DNA of 64,000 nucleotides from Cenococcum geophilum. Taxonomy: Eukaryota. This document shows, one piece after another, positions 12,386 to 25,380 of this stretch. Positions within the stretch are counted from its first letter, which is position 1, and each line of letters opens with the position of its first letter. The stretch lies in NCBI GenBank assembly GCA_050273025.1, contig CP158636.1:4154001-4218000 (forward strand). The letters run 5' to 3'. The position numbers were made by a program, and so were the translations under genes. Below the pieces are notes generated by a model. It was not told where the DNA came from, made no database searches, and saw nothing but the letters and a program-made list of their open reading frames with translations.

Positions 12386-14739
12386 ATAGCAAGCAGGCGG
12401 ATAAATATGCTTATATATTTAGGTAAAATCAGTTTCTAAATCATTTAAAATTTATATTAATAAGTGTATTAAGGCAACGGAAGCACTTTAGAATTAGTCC
12501 GCCACTGCTTATACACCTTACGCCGCCTACTCTCTTCTAACTATGCTATTATTCCTATTACAGGAGATACAATTATTAAGGAACCTTAGTCTACAATATA
12601 TGCTCTCTTAGTGTTCCCTAAAGGTGCAGATCTAGGTTACTATCAGACCCTTAATAAAGAAGGCAATCGGCGAATTACTTAATATGTTAATCGTAGGGGT
12701 TACTACCTTAGGTTTTATGCAGGTGGCTACTATAGCTTAGTACAGTACGAATTCAAAGTTAATGATAAGGAGATAGCAGTAGTAAGAGACCGTAAGCTTG
12801 CCTTCTTCCCAGGTATTTGCCATAAACTAGCGTTTCTAGGGTTTATTTACCATAGCGAAGCGGGCACTTGTGACGTAGAGCTGCAGGTTAACTATATAAC
12901 ATTTCATAGCATAAAAATAAGTCTCCTGGATAATTTCTGATCTTATTATAACGGCGGTAGGGTCTTTATTAATGCTAAGAAATTAAAAAGTTAAGGGGTT
13001 AAAATTTTGGCAAGCTATACTAAAGAGCTTAAAGTGGATTCTGGAGAGGGAGCCGCAGTAGTTATTTACCGTAAAGTTAGTAAAGGAGGCATTATCCTAA
13101 CAGGCCCTTATCCTAAGTAATTTAATCTTTGCTCCTCACTAATTGCTTAATTAATTCTAACTAGATTCGCAGCTATAAACCTTAGCAAAGCTAATAATCC
13201 TCCCTTTTATAGCTCTACGATTAATGCAATAATATACTTAAATATAGCACGTGTTTTATTTCTAAAAGCTTATCTATAAAAGCTTAGCTTATAGGTTAAT
13301 AAAGAGAAACAAGCGGTACTATCCCTCTCCCGCCTCTATCTCTCGGCTTATTAAGTGTTAGATGTCTTAGAGCTTATCTTATCCTAATAAGAAATTATTA
13401 CTCTAATTAATAGCGAGGAGCATATTAAGGCGGAAAACGATACGTTTTATCTTAAAAAGCCTAATATATAGCTAATAGATAAACTTATTAAAGTAGTAAC
13501 TGTAGTTCTACCCGCGGTTTCTATAGAGGAGAAAATAAAGGCAGAGAAGACGGATAAGGAAGATAAGACTATAACTAGTGATAAGATTATTAACTATAAT
13601 AGAGTAATTAAGAAAGTAATTATATATAAGAGAGAGCTCCTATTAAGTTAAGAAACACCCTACTTTAACTACCATAGTTACTATATAAATCTTGCTTACT
13701 ACTACTCTAAATATACTAATTTAGAACCTAAATTTGGCAAACACCTCTTATATAGCGAGGTAGTTACTAGTACTAATATACTATTAGAAAAGTATGTTTA
13801 TATAGCATCTTAAGGCCTTCGTCTCCCTATTTAAAAAATATCTATTCTCCTAGCACCTATTAACCTCCCCTAGAAACCCCAAACTCCTTAGGCACCTTCC
13901 CCCCAGCTTTACCGCAATAGCAACGACCTAAATCACCAGCCGCGGCTACAGCTCCAACGTCTAGGTCGCGCCGCCCAGCGCGCTTATATTTAGCACCGTG
14001 CTGCGGCACCTAATCATGCTTATATAATCCGCTCCCGTTATCTTTATTTAATACCTCGCCGTATTAGCTATTATACGCGGCATCCGCTCCTACGCGCCGG
14101 GCTATAACGTGCTGCCCATAAAGCTAAAGTGGCTAAACAACGTCTACGCGCTAGATCCCACGTTATTAGGAAACGGTAAGAATAAGGCCAATTTCGTTAA
14201 GATCGGCGGGATTCTAGTAAACTCGTCCTACGCCGGCTCGGATTATACGCTAGTGATGGGTATTAGGATTAATGTTGTAAACGTAGCGCCAATAATAAGC
14301 CTAAATGCTTTGGCTGTAAAGGCTAGGTTAAAGGCGTTCTAGATAAAAAGGCTACTAGCGGGGATTTTAGCAAGTTTTAAAGAGGTCTATAGGCGCTTTT
14401 ACTTAAAGGGGTAGGATAGGGAGTTAGAGGGGGAGTATTACGATAACTGGTTGCATACGTAAGTGAATTCCTTTTATATTGCCGTATAATTAGTATAACT
14501 GTTATTAGTTTGTAAATAAATCTGGCAGCTAATATATTATATTGTATAGGAATTAAATTGTCACGCTTAAAGTTAAGGGTAGTGTCCGTGTAAGAATTAA
14601 GGGCATTACTTATAACTGGGGTCTTTTACTCACAAAAGAGCTAGGTTAGGATAATTAATCTATAGGTAAGATATAGTAGCTATAAAGCAACAGTAATAGT
14701 TTTAATTTCTTTAAAGGTTTAGTGAAGCGAAAAGTTTAA
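12386..14739 (+). pseudogene. BPL1: RIP-inactivated biotin-protein ligase (holocarboxylase synthetase)
   Basis: N-terminal NVLVYSG/ESVRHCLYTLRRLLS, LLVFP(GG)ADLGY, YL(G)F(C)AGGYY; catalytic KLKW(P)N(D)VY and KIGGILVNSSY (ORF 14109-14342); C-terminus NSF(D)FFKGLVKRKV*. Several GT-AG introns and numerous RIP stops. Confidence 0.93.
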
Positions 14740-15058
14740 TATCTAACTTCTATAATTATATGTTGTAAGGAAAAGCGGAAGAAAATAGGTTATAGCTTTA
14801 GATACTAATAGTAAGGCTATATAATAGGGCGGCGAAAGGGTATATAAAGACGGATTTAATATATAAATTAATTATTAAGGATTAGGGATAAAGGTATAGT
14901 GTAACCTTTCTCTCTAGCTTCTATTTTTTTAGGCCTATAACTAAACCTAGCCCAACTAGCCTTATTAATTTCGCACCCGAGCCAGTCCTTACTTTACCTA
15001 TAATAACCCGTACCAACTATGACGCCGGTTTCTTTAGTAAGAACTATTAGAATTAATA

Positions 15059-16464
15059 TTAAGAAAACCGCTATATCTTATAAATGATGTGCTAATAAAG
15101 CTACTATTGTTGGAATAGCGGTTGCAAATTTTTTGCCTTCTCCGGATCAAATATCCAAATTCCATTTATTAAAGTATTGTTAATACTCTCACTAATTGTC
15201 TTTAAAAGTGTATCGAAAACCAGATGTGTTTCTACATAAGTGAAAAATCGGCGTTCCCACTCGCGACCCTTGTCTTTTTCCTTCTTCCTTATATCGCGTT
15301 GCTGGTTCTTAATAATGGACTTTTTATATAATGTCGTGTCTATATCTCCCTTTGAGATAGCTTACGCGACTTTTTGCTACGCGCGACGTGACTCTATTTT
15401 ATCTTGCTGTTTAACTAGTACTATAATAAGTTGGGTAGTTTTCGTAACATTTGGGTTAAAGTTATTAACGACTTTTTTACTTTTAGTATTATAGATTATA
15501 AAGGAGCCAGTCCATTAGCCGCTAATTGTGTAAATCGGCTCTTTTTCTCTACCTTTGGGATATAGAGATGCGGTAAAGCTATTCTTCTTTCTAGAGAGCC
15601 AGCCCTTGCCGGAATAATCGATTCTGGCAGTATAACTAGATGAGGATTAAATATAGCTTAATTTGTTTAACTTAATATAAGGTAAGCCGGTTATAAGGCC
15701 TTTTATATAGAGGGAGGGAAGGGTAATAAGGTAGTCTTTACTAAACGCGTTAATATAGAAAATGGCGTGGCCAATTTGCTATATAGATAAATTTTAGAGC
15801 TGCTTAACATAATATTTGCGGAAGGAAAATACCTTAACGTTAATCGTATTAGAAAAAGAAGCTTTTTATATGTTATATCCTTGCAACCTAATACCAAATT
15901 TTCTATTCTAAATGCAATAGCCAGTTACCGGCGGGTGGTGGCTATTAGAAAAAATGAGCACGTATTATAAAAATTAAATATTAGCACAGCCTACCTAACT
16001 TACTTACTAACTAGCTAAGTAGTGCCCGCATTATCCTCCTATTGTCCAAAAAATAGCTTGCCTAAGAAGGGGTTAAGGGGCTTCTTTTTACTTCTAAGTT
16101 TCTCATTCCAACTACTGTATTGTTGCTTTAGTATACTTAAGAACCACTTTAGTATAAGCATGGCACGCTTTATAGGGTCTTATTTACTTACTAGAGCTAT
16201 AAACACCAAGGGATATTCTGCCTAGTAAGAGGAGTATTTAATAAGGGAAGTGGTAGAGAGGATAAAGGGTAGTGCAGTTATAGATAAGAGATCGCCATTA
16301 AACGAGGTAATAGACTAGATAGATATAGTTAGCACAGCTTTTATAATAACTCAGACATTTATTACCTTAAGGAATAAAGTCCATGATCTTTTAGACTAGG
16401 GTGGGACTGCTAAGGCACCGTTTTTAGTAGTTGTAGTGTCGCAGCTCCCACCATTAGAAGCTAT
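15059..16464 (-). pseudogene. KES1: RIP-inactivated oxysterol-binding protein (Osh4/Kes1 family)
   Basis: SWTLFLK, intron, SITSFNGDL(S)S.TA(P)PFILSTTSL.(E)YSSY(W)AE, LKWFLS.LKQQYSS.NEKL(G)S(E)KKPLNPFLG(E)LF; C-terminal WERRFF and GIWIFDPEKAK. Start codon mutated to ATA. Confidence 0.92.
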
Positions 16465-17173
16465 AGCGAATTGAATACAATAAGTTTATATGTCCGGGAG
16501 TGAGTAGTATAAGGTTAGGGAGAGACTAGTGGAAAACGAATGTTGTGGAGTATAAGCGTAACGGCGTGTGCATTATGGCTGAGGAGTAGCGACGCGACGT
16601 CATCTAAAAGCAACATATAGGTCCGTCCTAGCTCTATCGAGATCGCTTTAGGTAAAGTAAGAAAGAAGTCTTAATATATTCAGGGTATTAGCTTATAAAA
16701 GTAGCTTAAGGGCTATAATTAGAGGCAACCTAGTTTAAAGAACCGAATTTTATCCCTTCCAACGGCGAAGTCGTATAAGAGTAGATTGTGCGCAAACACC
16801 GTAATAACACGGAGCCTTAATCCCATTGATTCTATTGGCTGGATTTATTGTAACCATAGGACACAGATACTTGATTTCTCTTCACTTGCGACTCTACGAG
16901 TGAAAATGGGTCTATAAGGATCAACAATCTACAAGGCCGCCGATCATACTCCACACTCCATGATTTTCCTACTGTGAAACATCACATAAGTCAATTAATG
17001 CCGCGTAATAGGGCTACTTTTATTAGAGCTGCTCAAAACCTAGTTATCATCAGATCCTTTAAGCACAGTGTAAATAAAATGTTACTAAATTAAGAGCACT
17101 TAGAGCTAAACCTTCTGCTCAAAACAAATAGTCTCAGCTCAAATCTACATACCCTAGGTCAATTTTATCGCCT

Positions 17174-18257
17174 TCACGAACCTCTTTCCATGCATACCTT
17201 CCTCCCACTCTTCTTTTTCTGCTCCAGTTCCTTCTGATACTCCACTTCATCCCAAGGCTCCAGAAGGACAGTCCGAACGCGTTCCGCAAGTCTTCTCTTA
17301 TCAGCAACTGTCCACTTGTACTCCTGTTCTAGTTGCTCCAGGGTATTGTCGCTATACAGGAGTAAGTCATCACAAGCGTACACGAATTCATCGTCACAGA
17401 CAACGCAAGTAACATCGTCGAGTGGCAGGCGCTGCAATCTTCCCAGTCCTGTATACAATATCTTCTGCTCATTTGCTTCATATTCTGGAAGCCCTTCCCA
17501 GTCCTTCATCATATGCTCCTTGATCTTTCTGAACTCATCGGGCCTCCCTAATTTCAGCCAGATGAAAACATGCAACGTCTTGAGCCCGGTAAGGGAGCAT
17601 ACGAGTGGAATCGTGAGGGTCTCCGACCATTCTCCGCAGTCACGAAACTTACTGATGGTTATATCGAGCTGCATGCATTTTATGAGAGCCCTAAACTGCG
17701 GTTTGAGTGTGATCATGAATCTGAACCAAATCATCGCATTGCTGAACGAGAAGATATTCATTCCATATATGATAGGTGTTGTCTCGTGGTAAATTTGCCT
17801 AGAGGTGCGTTGGAACTCGAGGTTGAGTTTATTGCGTCCGTAGCAAGAAACGTGACTCTTGATTTCAGGGTTCAGAGCATGCTTTTCATAATATTCGTTG
17901 TTCGGTTCCTCTAGGGTCCGCAGGTACATCGTCCTGGGCGAATCTGTCGCTTTGCAGATGTAGCAGCACAAACCATAGCTGTTCTTGACGTGGATGAGCT
18001 GTCCACCACAGACGTACTCCCAAATGCAATCCCGTAGCTCTCGTGGAAGACGAAGAAGTGAAGTTACAGAGTTGCGCGTTGTGCTAATCAGGTTAGGATT
18101 CTAGAATGATATCAATATAAGGAGATATTCACATGTTATTCAAAGCGGAAGTTGGGCCGTTGTGACTAATGTCCTTAGCCGGTCCCTTCCACCTTTCTGA
18201 GGTAGATACTCTTTTGCTGCTAGGTTTGGTGTCGGAAAATTGGAGCACGATCTCCAT
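17174..18257 (-). CDS. Intact two-exon hypothetical protein, 344 aa, DUF7730-like with an F-box-like N-terminal LLRLPRELR motif
   Basis: Exon 1 18257-18133 (MEIVLQF...), 49-nt GT...CTAAC...AG intron 18132-18084, exon 2 18083-17174; 1035 nt with no internal stop. Motifs SLLRLPRELRDCIWEYVCGGQLIHV and RTSRQIYHETTPIIYGMNIFSF. Normal CpA/TpG content. Family call is from motif recall. Confidence 0.88.
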
Positions 18258-18542
18258 GCCTACGAGCGGTAGGACCCGTAAAGAACACTACGGCTCAGTA
18301 TTGTCGAGATAGGCAATGCGCAAAGTCTTGATAAGTTCAGGGTTCAGCCTCACACGCGATTGGCGCTCGGTCTATATTAGTATGAAATATTCGCCTGTGC
18401 TGTGCGATACGCATGAATTTGCCTGACCCCTGATTTCGCGTAGCTTTCTCCTCGTCAAACTATGTTTTAATGTCTTCCGCAAGCCTTAAAATCCTCCCAA
18501 TCATTAGGAATACCGCTAAAATCGTTTATACGACCACCCATC

Positions 18543-20040
18543 ATGTCTAGCCTACATGGTCACCCAGCTGAGCTTATTATTGAGATCCTCTTATATCTTT
18601 AGGATAAGCAGGACTTCCTAAACGTGTTTTTTGGTCTTTAGGACATTCCATAGATATGCAGAACCGCTTCTCTACCGCAAGTATGTTAATACAAAGGCAT
18701 GCAAAGATAAAATTCCCTTTAAGCCATTTATACGCCGAATAATTGAACGGCCCGACCTCGCCCTCTATGTTAAAAGAATTAAACTTTAGCCTAGGCTGTT
18801 CGCTATCAGATGCACGTGCTAGGCTATAAGCCTCCACCAATCTTAATTAAGGATATTTGTCTATTTATTAATGCTGCGCAAAAGGTAGGTATTATTAAAG
18901 GTACTCCGTTAAATAACAAGGAGAATCTAGACCCAATTCCAGCTTTAAGCCTAACGTAGAGGAGTAATTGGATGCAGATGTGGCTACCTTTATAAACAAT
19001 AATTTCGACAAATCTCTCTCTTTTAATAAAAAGTAGATTTAAGCCCTGCATCTTGGCATTAAAAATACCTAAGTTATACTAATATTCGCTCTGCTCCCTA
19101 GACTAGAGGAAATTTCCCTTTAAGGAATACCGCCTAATAGTCCTCTATAAGAGAGACTAGTGTATATAAAAAAATTATAATCCTTAAAAAGATTTAGCGC
19201 ATGTGCTTTAGACGAAGTAATTAAGTGGTCTTTAGCCCAGATTGGGCCTTTTTTACCTTTACCGTCTTTTTAGGTACTAAAAGGATATACGATATCTAAC
19301 ACAAATAATGATACCGAAGAAGAGGTACTATAGGATTCACCCCTAATATATAGTTCTCTAAAGCGAGTATTCCTAGAGTATTCTTTAGTAAATATCTAAT
19401 CCGTAGAAACTCTTATTAGGGTTACAGGCACCTTAAATCCTTTACCTTTATTTTAGGTAGTACGCACTTAGGACGGAGCAATTTACTTACTCTAAAATTA
19501 AAGAGATTTTAATATTATAAGTATAATCGCTGACCCATTTATACTTAGATATAGATATATAATAGGACCATACATTTAATCCTAGGTGGATTAGGTCCTT
19601 AGCTGACTTTAGTAACCTTAAGCACCTAAAGATTAGATAAAAATGTCTTATAGATATATTAGAGATATAATTAAGTGTCTATAATATCCTGCCTTTATTT
19701 ATATAAACTTTTCGTCCCAAGTATATTAACTAGCACATCGTTTCCTACCTAGTTTGGCTTACGGGGATTTGCCAAACGCAATTTAAAAATCTTTAGGCAG
19801 TGATAATTATTATTAATAATTTTCGAGAATTTGACGAATATGACGGTAGCAAGTTGGACGCGGTATTTAGTGAGACTGACATACTTCTAGGGCCTTGTCT
19901 CTTAATCGAACCCGCTAAAACTAGCCCATTTTATAAGTAGATTAGACTATAGAGGCTTAGATAAAAGTTTATTGCTAGACGTAAGCTTATTAATAGACAC
20001 CGACAAAGACAATAAGGATAGTAAGGAGGGGGATGGTTAG
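18543..20040 (+). pseudogene. RIP-damaged F-box domain protein
   Basis: MSSLHGHPAELIIEIL.YL*DKQDFLNVFLV.RTFHRYAEPLLYR F-box-like N-terminus, then LRR-like leucine spacing and an acidic tail. In-frame TAG/TAA. 3' end approximate. Confidence 0.7.
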
Positions 20041-20049
20041 AATATAGTA

Positions 20050-21828
20050 TGCCTAAAGCATATTAATAGCTAAATGAAATTTAAGGCTTTCTACGACCTT
20101 TATGACTGTCTTTACGCTCATTTCCTGTTTATTCCGGTATACAGCCTTAAAGTTCTACATGCTTTTATATTCCTATATTTACTTATATAATATAGCTGCA
20201 ACGCTAGGTATATAATGCCCTTGCGCTTTCCTCTTTAATTTATCCCAGTTCTTTACTATATCTTTTATTATATTAGTCCCCTATATAAAGTCCTACTAAG
20301 CCTAATTACTCTATAGATCTAGATTGGAACCGCTAGACACAGTACTAGCAATATTTGCATCTTGCTCTTACTATCTAGGACCGTCTATAAGGTGTAATAC
20401 TTTTCTTATCTATGCTGCGGAATTTTAGATAGCTTCCCCGCGAGATTTTTATACCATTTTATATATCTTAAGGGTAAGGGGAATATCCAATATACGTTTA
20501 ATAGATATAAAGCATACTTAAAGGACTCTAGCATCTTCTATAGCCTATATGGCACCTTATACGATATAAGGCAACCTATAAAAGGTTATGGCTTAAAGAT
20601 TTAAGATCTTAGGTAATAAACACTCATATAGGATGGCAAGCATCTCCAATTAAGACATACTTATTTTTGTGCCATAAAGTTAACAAAGCATACGAATTTA
20701 ACGTCTATTTTAGGAGTTTACCTTTAGGAATATAACTTATGAGGTTACAGAGTATAGGATCCCAGCTTTTGTAGAAGTCTAGTATTTTAGCTTTATTGCC
20801 TTTCCGGGTCTATAATTTATTAGTTTTAGTTCCCGGTTTCTAAGGATAAAGGAGGACCATATTATATATCGTATTATTTTTCACTAAATACGCCATAATA
20901 TAGCCGCCCGGTCCTATCCTAGAGTGTATTAAATGGTGAATTATTCGTCTAAGGCTAGAAGTAATATACCATCGCCTCCCAAAATTCTCCGAGAGCAGCT
21001 GCAATTCTTGTTTATTATGCTGTATCCTCTACTTTAGAATTGTAATGCGATAAGCAGAATCTCCTATAGGCATAATATAGTCTACACCTCCTTAGGCCTT
21101 AACTATTTGCTTATAGATGTTAGATTTAATGCCATTAGCGGCGATAACCGCGTCTCCTTCTATCCATTTTCCTAAGCTAAGCTGTATATGGCCCTCGAAG
21201 TTCTTATTAACTTTAACCACTTAATAGCTGGTGCGAATATTAACACCTTTATATATTGCGGCTTCTAGGAGATATTGTTATAGATCTCTATAGTGAATTA
21301 AGCCCATGGGTGCGCTATAAAGCTATCCAACCGTTGGCATTATTAGCGTAGTTTCTATTTCGTGTCTATTTATCTATCTCTTAAGCACGTTCGCTACTAT
21401 TAAAGTAGTATATTTAAGAATATTTTCTAAAACTCCAAACCGCCTAAGGATTCTAGAACTATTAGGCGCTAACTAAATTCTGGCTCCCACTTTAGCTATT
21501 ATAGGAACCTACTCTAGGACAATTACGCGATGGCCAGATCGCTTTAGACCTACTCTTATTATCAATAGCTTCTCCTTTAACCGCAAAATTAAGGGTTATT
21601 ATAAAATGTGAACTTACTAATGGCCGCTAAGAGCCCACTAATCCTAGCGCCAACGATTATAATTTAGAAGCGACGCCTAGCTTTTGCGTTCCAGTCTAGG
21701 TCATCTTAAAAGAACTCTATTACTGCCTATAGTGATCCGCTTAAAGGGCTCCTTAAACCTTTATATTTAAATTCTTGCTCTCCACAGCTTTTAGGTCTAG
21801 TAATTACAATCGTATTTTCGGTAGCTAT
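20050..21828 (-). pseudogene. RIP-inactivated FAD-dependent monooxygenase (salicylate hydroxylase-like)
   Basis: IIIVGA(G)ISGL.AAI (GxGxxG) near 21620-21665, VGA(G)I(Q)LAPNSSRILRRFGVLE, VIAA(D)GI near 21130-21150, LIGDACHP near 20630-20655. 3' end approximate. Confidence 0.88.
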
Positions 21829-22209
21829 AAGTTAGGTAAATATAAGGGGGATATAAAGGACCGCGCGAAAAGCAATTTCCCCTTCCTTTTTAGGACTAGT
21901 GGCTGCCTTATATAAGGCCTTAGAGTTACGGGGGCTCTATCGCCTAAGTAATAAGATTTAGGGCAGTCTCTGCCCCTAAACCCCGCTAAAGATTCCTAAA
22001 CGTTAGCATATAGGCAACCCCATGAGGGGAAAACCACTAGTCCCAAAAAGAAAGGTAAAATCGCTTTTTACGCGGTCCTTTATACATGTGCGGATTAGTA
22101 GCGCTTTAGTATTATCTTAGCCAGTTATATAAGTTAGCTACCCACCCAAGCTACCTACCGATCGCGATTTAAGCCCCTTACTCCATTAAATATTCTTTTA
22201 TTACACTAT

Positions 22210-23220
22210 AACTATAGCCTCCCCCCCCCTTAAATTTATAGGCGCTTAATTAATACCTTTAAATAGAACTTGTTTTTAAAATCAAAAGCTAATTTAAGTA
22301 TATTTATTTACTATTATTATACAGGCCGCTAATTAACTAAGATAAATTTTTAAAAGTTTTAAAAGCTTTTAACTAACTAAATATAATAAATATTTAACTA
22401 TTTATTAAAACTTTACTATTTTAAATTTATAACTAGTAGTACTTTTATAAATAAATTTTTATAGTAATAGGCTAATACCAATATAATTTTTTAATAAAAG
22501 TAAATAATATAGTAAAAGTACTTATTTTTATTTAAAGGTTTAAATCTTATATATAAAGTTAAGTAATTAAAGGTACGTATCTAATACTAAGTATATAGTA
22601 CTAAAATATATTAAAACCTATCCCTTTTATATATACGTTTTACTATATATTATAAATATTTATTTTTAAATAATAAGCTAAAATATAAATCTATAGCCCT
22701 ATTATTTATATATTAAAAATTAAACATTATAACTTTTAATAAAATTATAACAGGTATAAGTTAGTAGATTTTTATTCCTTTAGATTTAATTAATAAATTT
22801 CTCAGCAAGGCTTTTAAATTATAAGTAGTATAGTTTATAATTTTTATAGGTTTTTTTCTAATTTACATTTCTTTTAAAAGTAGTAATTATTTATATAAAA
22901 AACAATAATTTAATTTAATTATATAATTATAGTAGGATAGAAGGTAGAAGCCTATATAGAGTTAGAAAAGGGACTAAATTGGGCAATAGATAGAATTAAT
23001 AATAATAATATATATATTTAAAACTAAGTTAAAAAGGCACTTTTTGTATAAACTCTAAAATTATTAATAAATTAATAAAGTTATTATATTACTGTAAATT
23101 TATATATAAATAAGTTTTTAATATATTTTTAGTTTATTAATTATATTATTAAATAAATTATACTAATATTTTATATATTTATAGCTATAATAGTTATTAA
23201 GTTATAAGTATTTATAAATG
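22210..23220. other. Extremely AT-rich, deeply RIP-eroded repeat relic of unassigned family
   Basis: Abrupt change to almost pure A/T with TpA excess; no reliable motif recovered. Confidence 0.5.
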
Positions 23221-23513
23221 GCCTTTTTTGGTAGTTTTTGGTGCTGGGCACAAGATGGGACCGTGTATAAGGTGGCCCGCGATGTTAAGTCGACCTCTGT
23301 TCTCACCCCCTCTTTCTATATTTTGTCTTTAATCCTCCGTCTTCCCCTAAATCTCCAAACGCTTTGCCACCTTTTTATCGGATTATAATCCCAACTGTAA
23401 GGCATTTTACACTTACTTAGTATTAATCTAAGTACTACACTGCTCTTAAATTTCTAAAATCCCGCGTTCTAGCTAATAATAACGCGGCGTTAGCGTGTTT
23501 TGGCCTTTTTTTA

Positions 23514-24230
23514 ATGTCGCATCCATCCATAGTCTAATCATCTAATATCCTACCTACGCTGTGGGCTCCTAACCCAAAGATTATACTTCCATGTATTATT
23601 AGCTGTTTACTTAAATTTATCTCTAGATAATAACTCTTTATCTAAAGATCGTCCTTTTTAGGCGACGTAAAATCGACTTATACCTAAGCCGTTATTTCAG
23701 CTCTCTAAGAAACCGCTTCACATTAGCACGAGTTATATAGTATTTCGATTAGCCTTATGGGAATAAATCTATAAAGGGATGAGTGCGGCCCTTAACATAT
23801 CTTAGCTTGTCTAACTTTCCAGTACTACTATTACCTGGGCTATTAACCTATGCTTTTATACGTTTTCAGCTGGATTCCTCACTAGACTACACAACTGCTA
23901 CTGCGTAGGATGAGGCTACTATTAGTAGCTCTGTCGTAAGGACCTGCAATATTACGGCAATACGGGGCACAATTATGACCTGTGACGGCCATGCGGCTAT
24001 GTTAGGAACCTATTTGGAGGGAGATATCGTAGCAATTCCTCGAAAAGGCCTTACATGATGCGTTATTTTGTATAAATAAACCCAGAAGACTACAGCGTTA
24101 TATTATAACGTAGTTAGCTAGGTAGAGCTAAAGCCAGAGTTAAAGCTAGAGTTGGAGCCAGAGCTACACAACCGTAAGGCCTAAGATGATTGCTCAGGAC
24201 GCAGCCGCTAGCAGCGTGCGGAGATAGTTA
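23514..24230 (+). pseudogene. Possible RIP-damaged hypothetical gene with (EP)n repeat
   Basis: Higher GC; ATG at 23514; stops are mostly TAA/TAG; GAGCCA-derived hexamer run at about 24124-24165. No recognisable domain. Confidence 0.3.
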
Positions 24231-24502
24231 AGCCGGGGGGTTTTTTTTATCCTAGTGAGGTAGCTTATATGGTTTTTCTCCCTCTAATACCAGGGTTTTC
24301 TTCCTATTAATACAAATTTCCCCTATATGCGGAGTAGTCTACGTAGGCCTAGATAGGATCCGTTTTGGACGTTAATTAAAGAACAATATATATATATATA
24401 TATTCCGTATTATATAGTTTTATAAAATCTATTATAATTTATACTTTTACTAACTAACTAATATCTATAAACTCCTCCCTTAATAGTTTATTAGTAGGTA
24501 AC

Positions 24503-24747
24503 TGTCACGGGACTGCCCGCGACACACGCTACGTTAGACGCGTAGCTTTCCTTTCCTTGTTTGATATCGCTCGGCAGATAGTTTATCCGCCCCGATTGCC
24601 CCTATATAGATTTAGCCTCAGCCGCATTCCTGTTAAGCTCTCCAGCAATCCTCTTGAGTCTCCACGACAGCCGTACGTAGCTATCAATTCTTCGAATCTG
24701 ATGCCTGTTCATCTAGCGTTCGCATGTAATACATCGTCATCGTGACA
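24503..24747. mobile_element. Solo LTR, little RIP
   Basis: TGTCACG...CGTGACA perfect termini with 5-bp TSD GTAAC (24498-24502, 24748-24752). Confidence 0.92.
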
Positions 24748-24764
24748 GTAACGTACTTTTACTA

Positions 24765-25378
24765 ATATATTCTATTGCTTAACCGGCTATACTACTAAAC
24801 TAGCTACCCTAAAAACCTATTAAAAATTAGAAAAACTGCACCTTAATATCTTAATAACGGCTTAATAATAAATTCAAAAAATTTATAATTAGCCTTTTAT
24901 GCCTATATTAAGACTTTTAATAAAATTCTAGCGTAATAAGCCTAGCCGTTATTAAGATATCGAGTTTTAGCCTTTAATTTTAAGCTAAATTGCTATTACA
25001 GCGACTTAGTTAATCGAGGCACTAGCGCCGTAAAGAACGTATACAAGTCTATATAATTAGTAGTCTATAGACCTAAATATTAAGATAAGGAGTAAAAGGT
25101 AGAAAAGGACACGTCTATATATATTTGCCAAGGCTTAAGCGAGCCCCCTAACTAGATCCGTTACGGTGCTGTAATAATTGCAATATCTTTAAAGCTACTT
25201 AATATATTACTTTTTAAATCTAATAAAAGGTTTAAAATAGGTATAAAAGGCTAATTATAAAATATTAGAATTTACTATTAAGCCGTTATTAAGATATTAA
25301 TGTGCAGTTTTTCCAATTTTTAGTGGGTTTTTAGGGTGGCTGGTTTAGTAGTATAGCCGGTTAGGTAGTGGAACACGT
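24765..25378. mobile_element. MITE with long TIRs (pogo/Fot1-type ends), copy 1
   Basis: TA|A(C)(G)T(G)TTC...GAACACGT|TA ends; long inverted arms with internal TTAATATCTTAAYAACGGCT motifs. Confidence 0.75.
24994..25176. mobile_element. Solo LTR nested in MITE copy 1
   Basis: TATTACAGC...GCTGTAATA termini with TSD ATTGC (24989-24993, 25177-25181). Shares AAAGGACACGTCTATATATAT...GCCAAGGCT...GAGCCCC with the solo LTR at 51291-51451. Confidence 0.85.
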
Positions 25379-25380
25379 TA

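Noticed and set aside
14109..14342. 77-aa ORF as a standalone gene
   Set aside because: Stop-free fragment of the BPL1 pseudogene catalytic domain.
17316..17914. Plus-strand ORFs of 158 aa and 114 aa
   Set aside because: Antisense shadows of the intact minus-strand gene; no motifs.
22590..22660. Possible C2H2 zinc finger on the minus strand
   Set aside because: Needs a non-RIP change at the first Cys; sequence too eroded to support.
8400..24300. Starship captain or secondary-metabolite cluster
   Set aside because: No DUF3435 recombinase, PKS or NRPS motifs seen; the genes look like an ordinary chromosomal neighbourhood.
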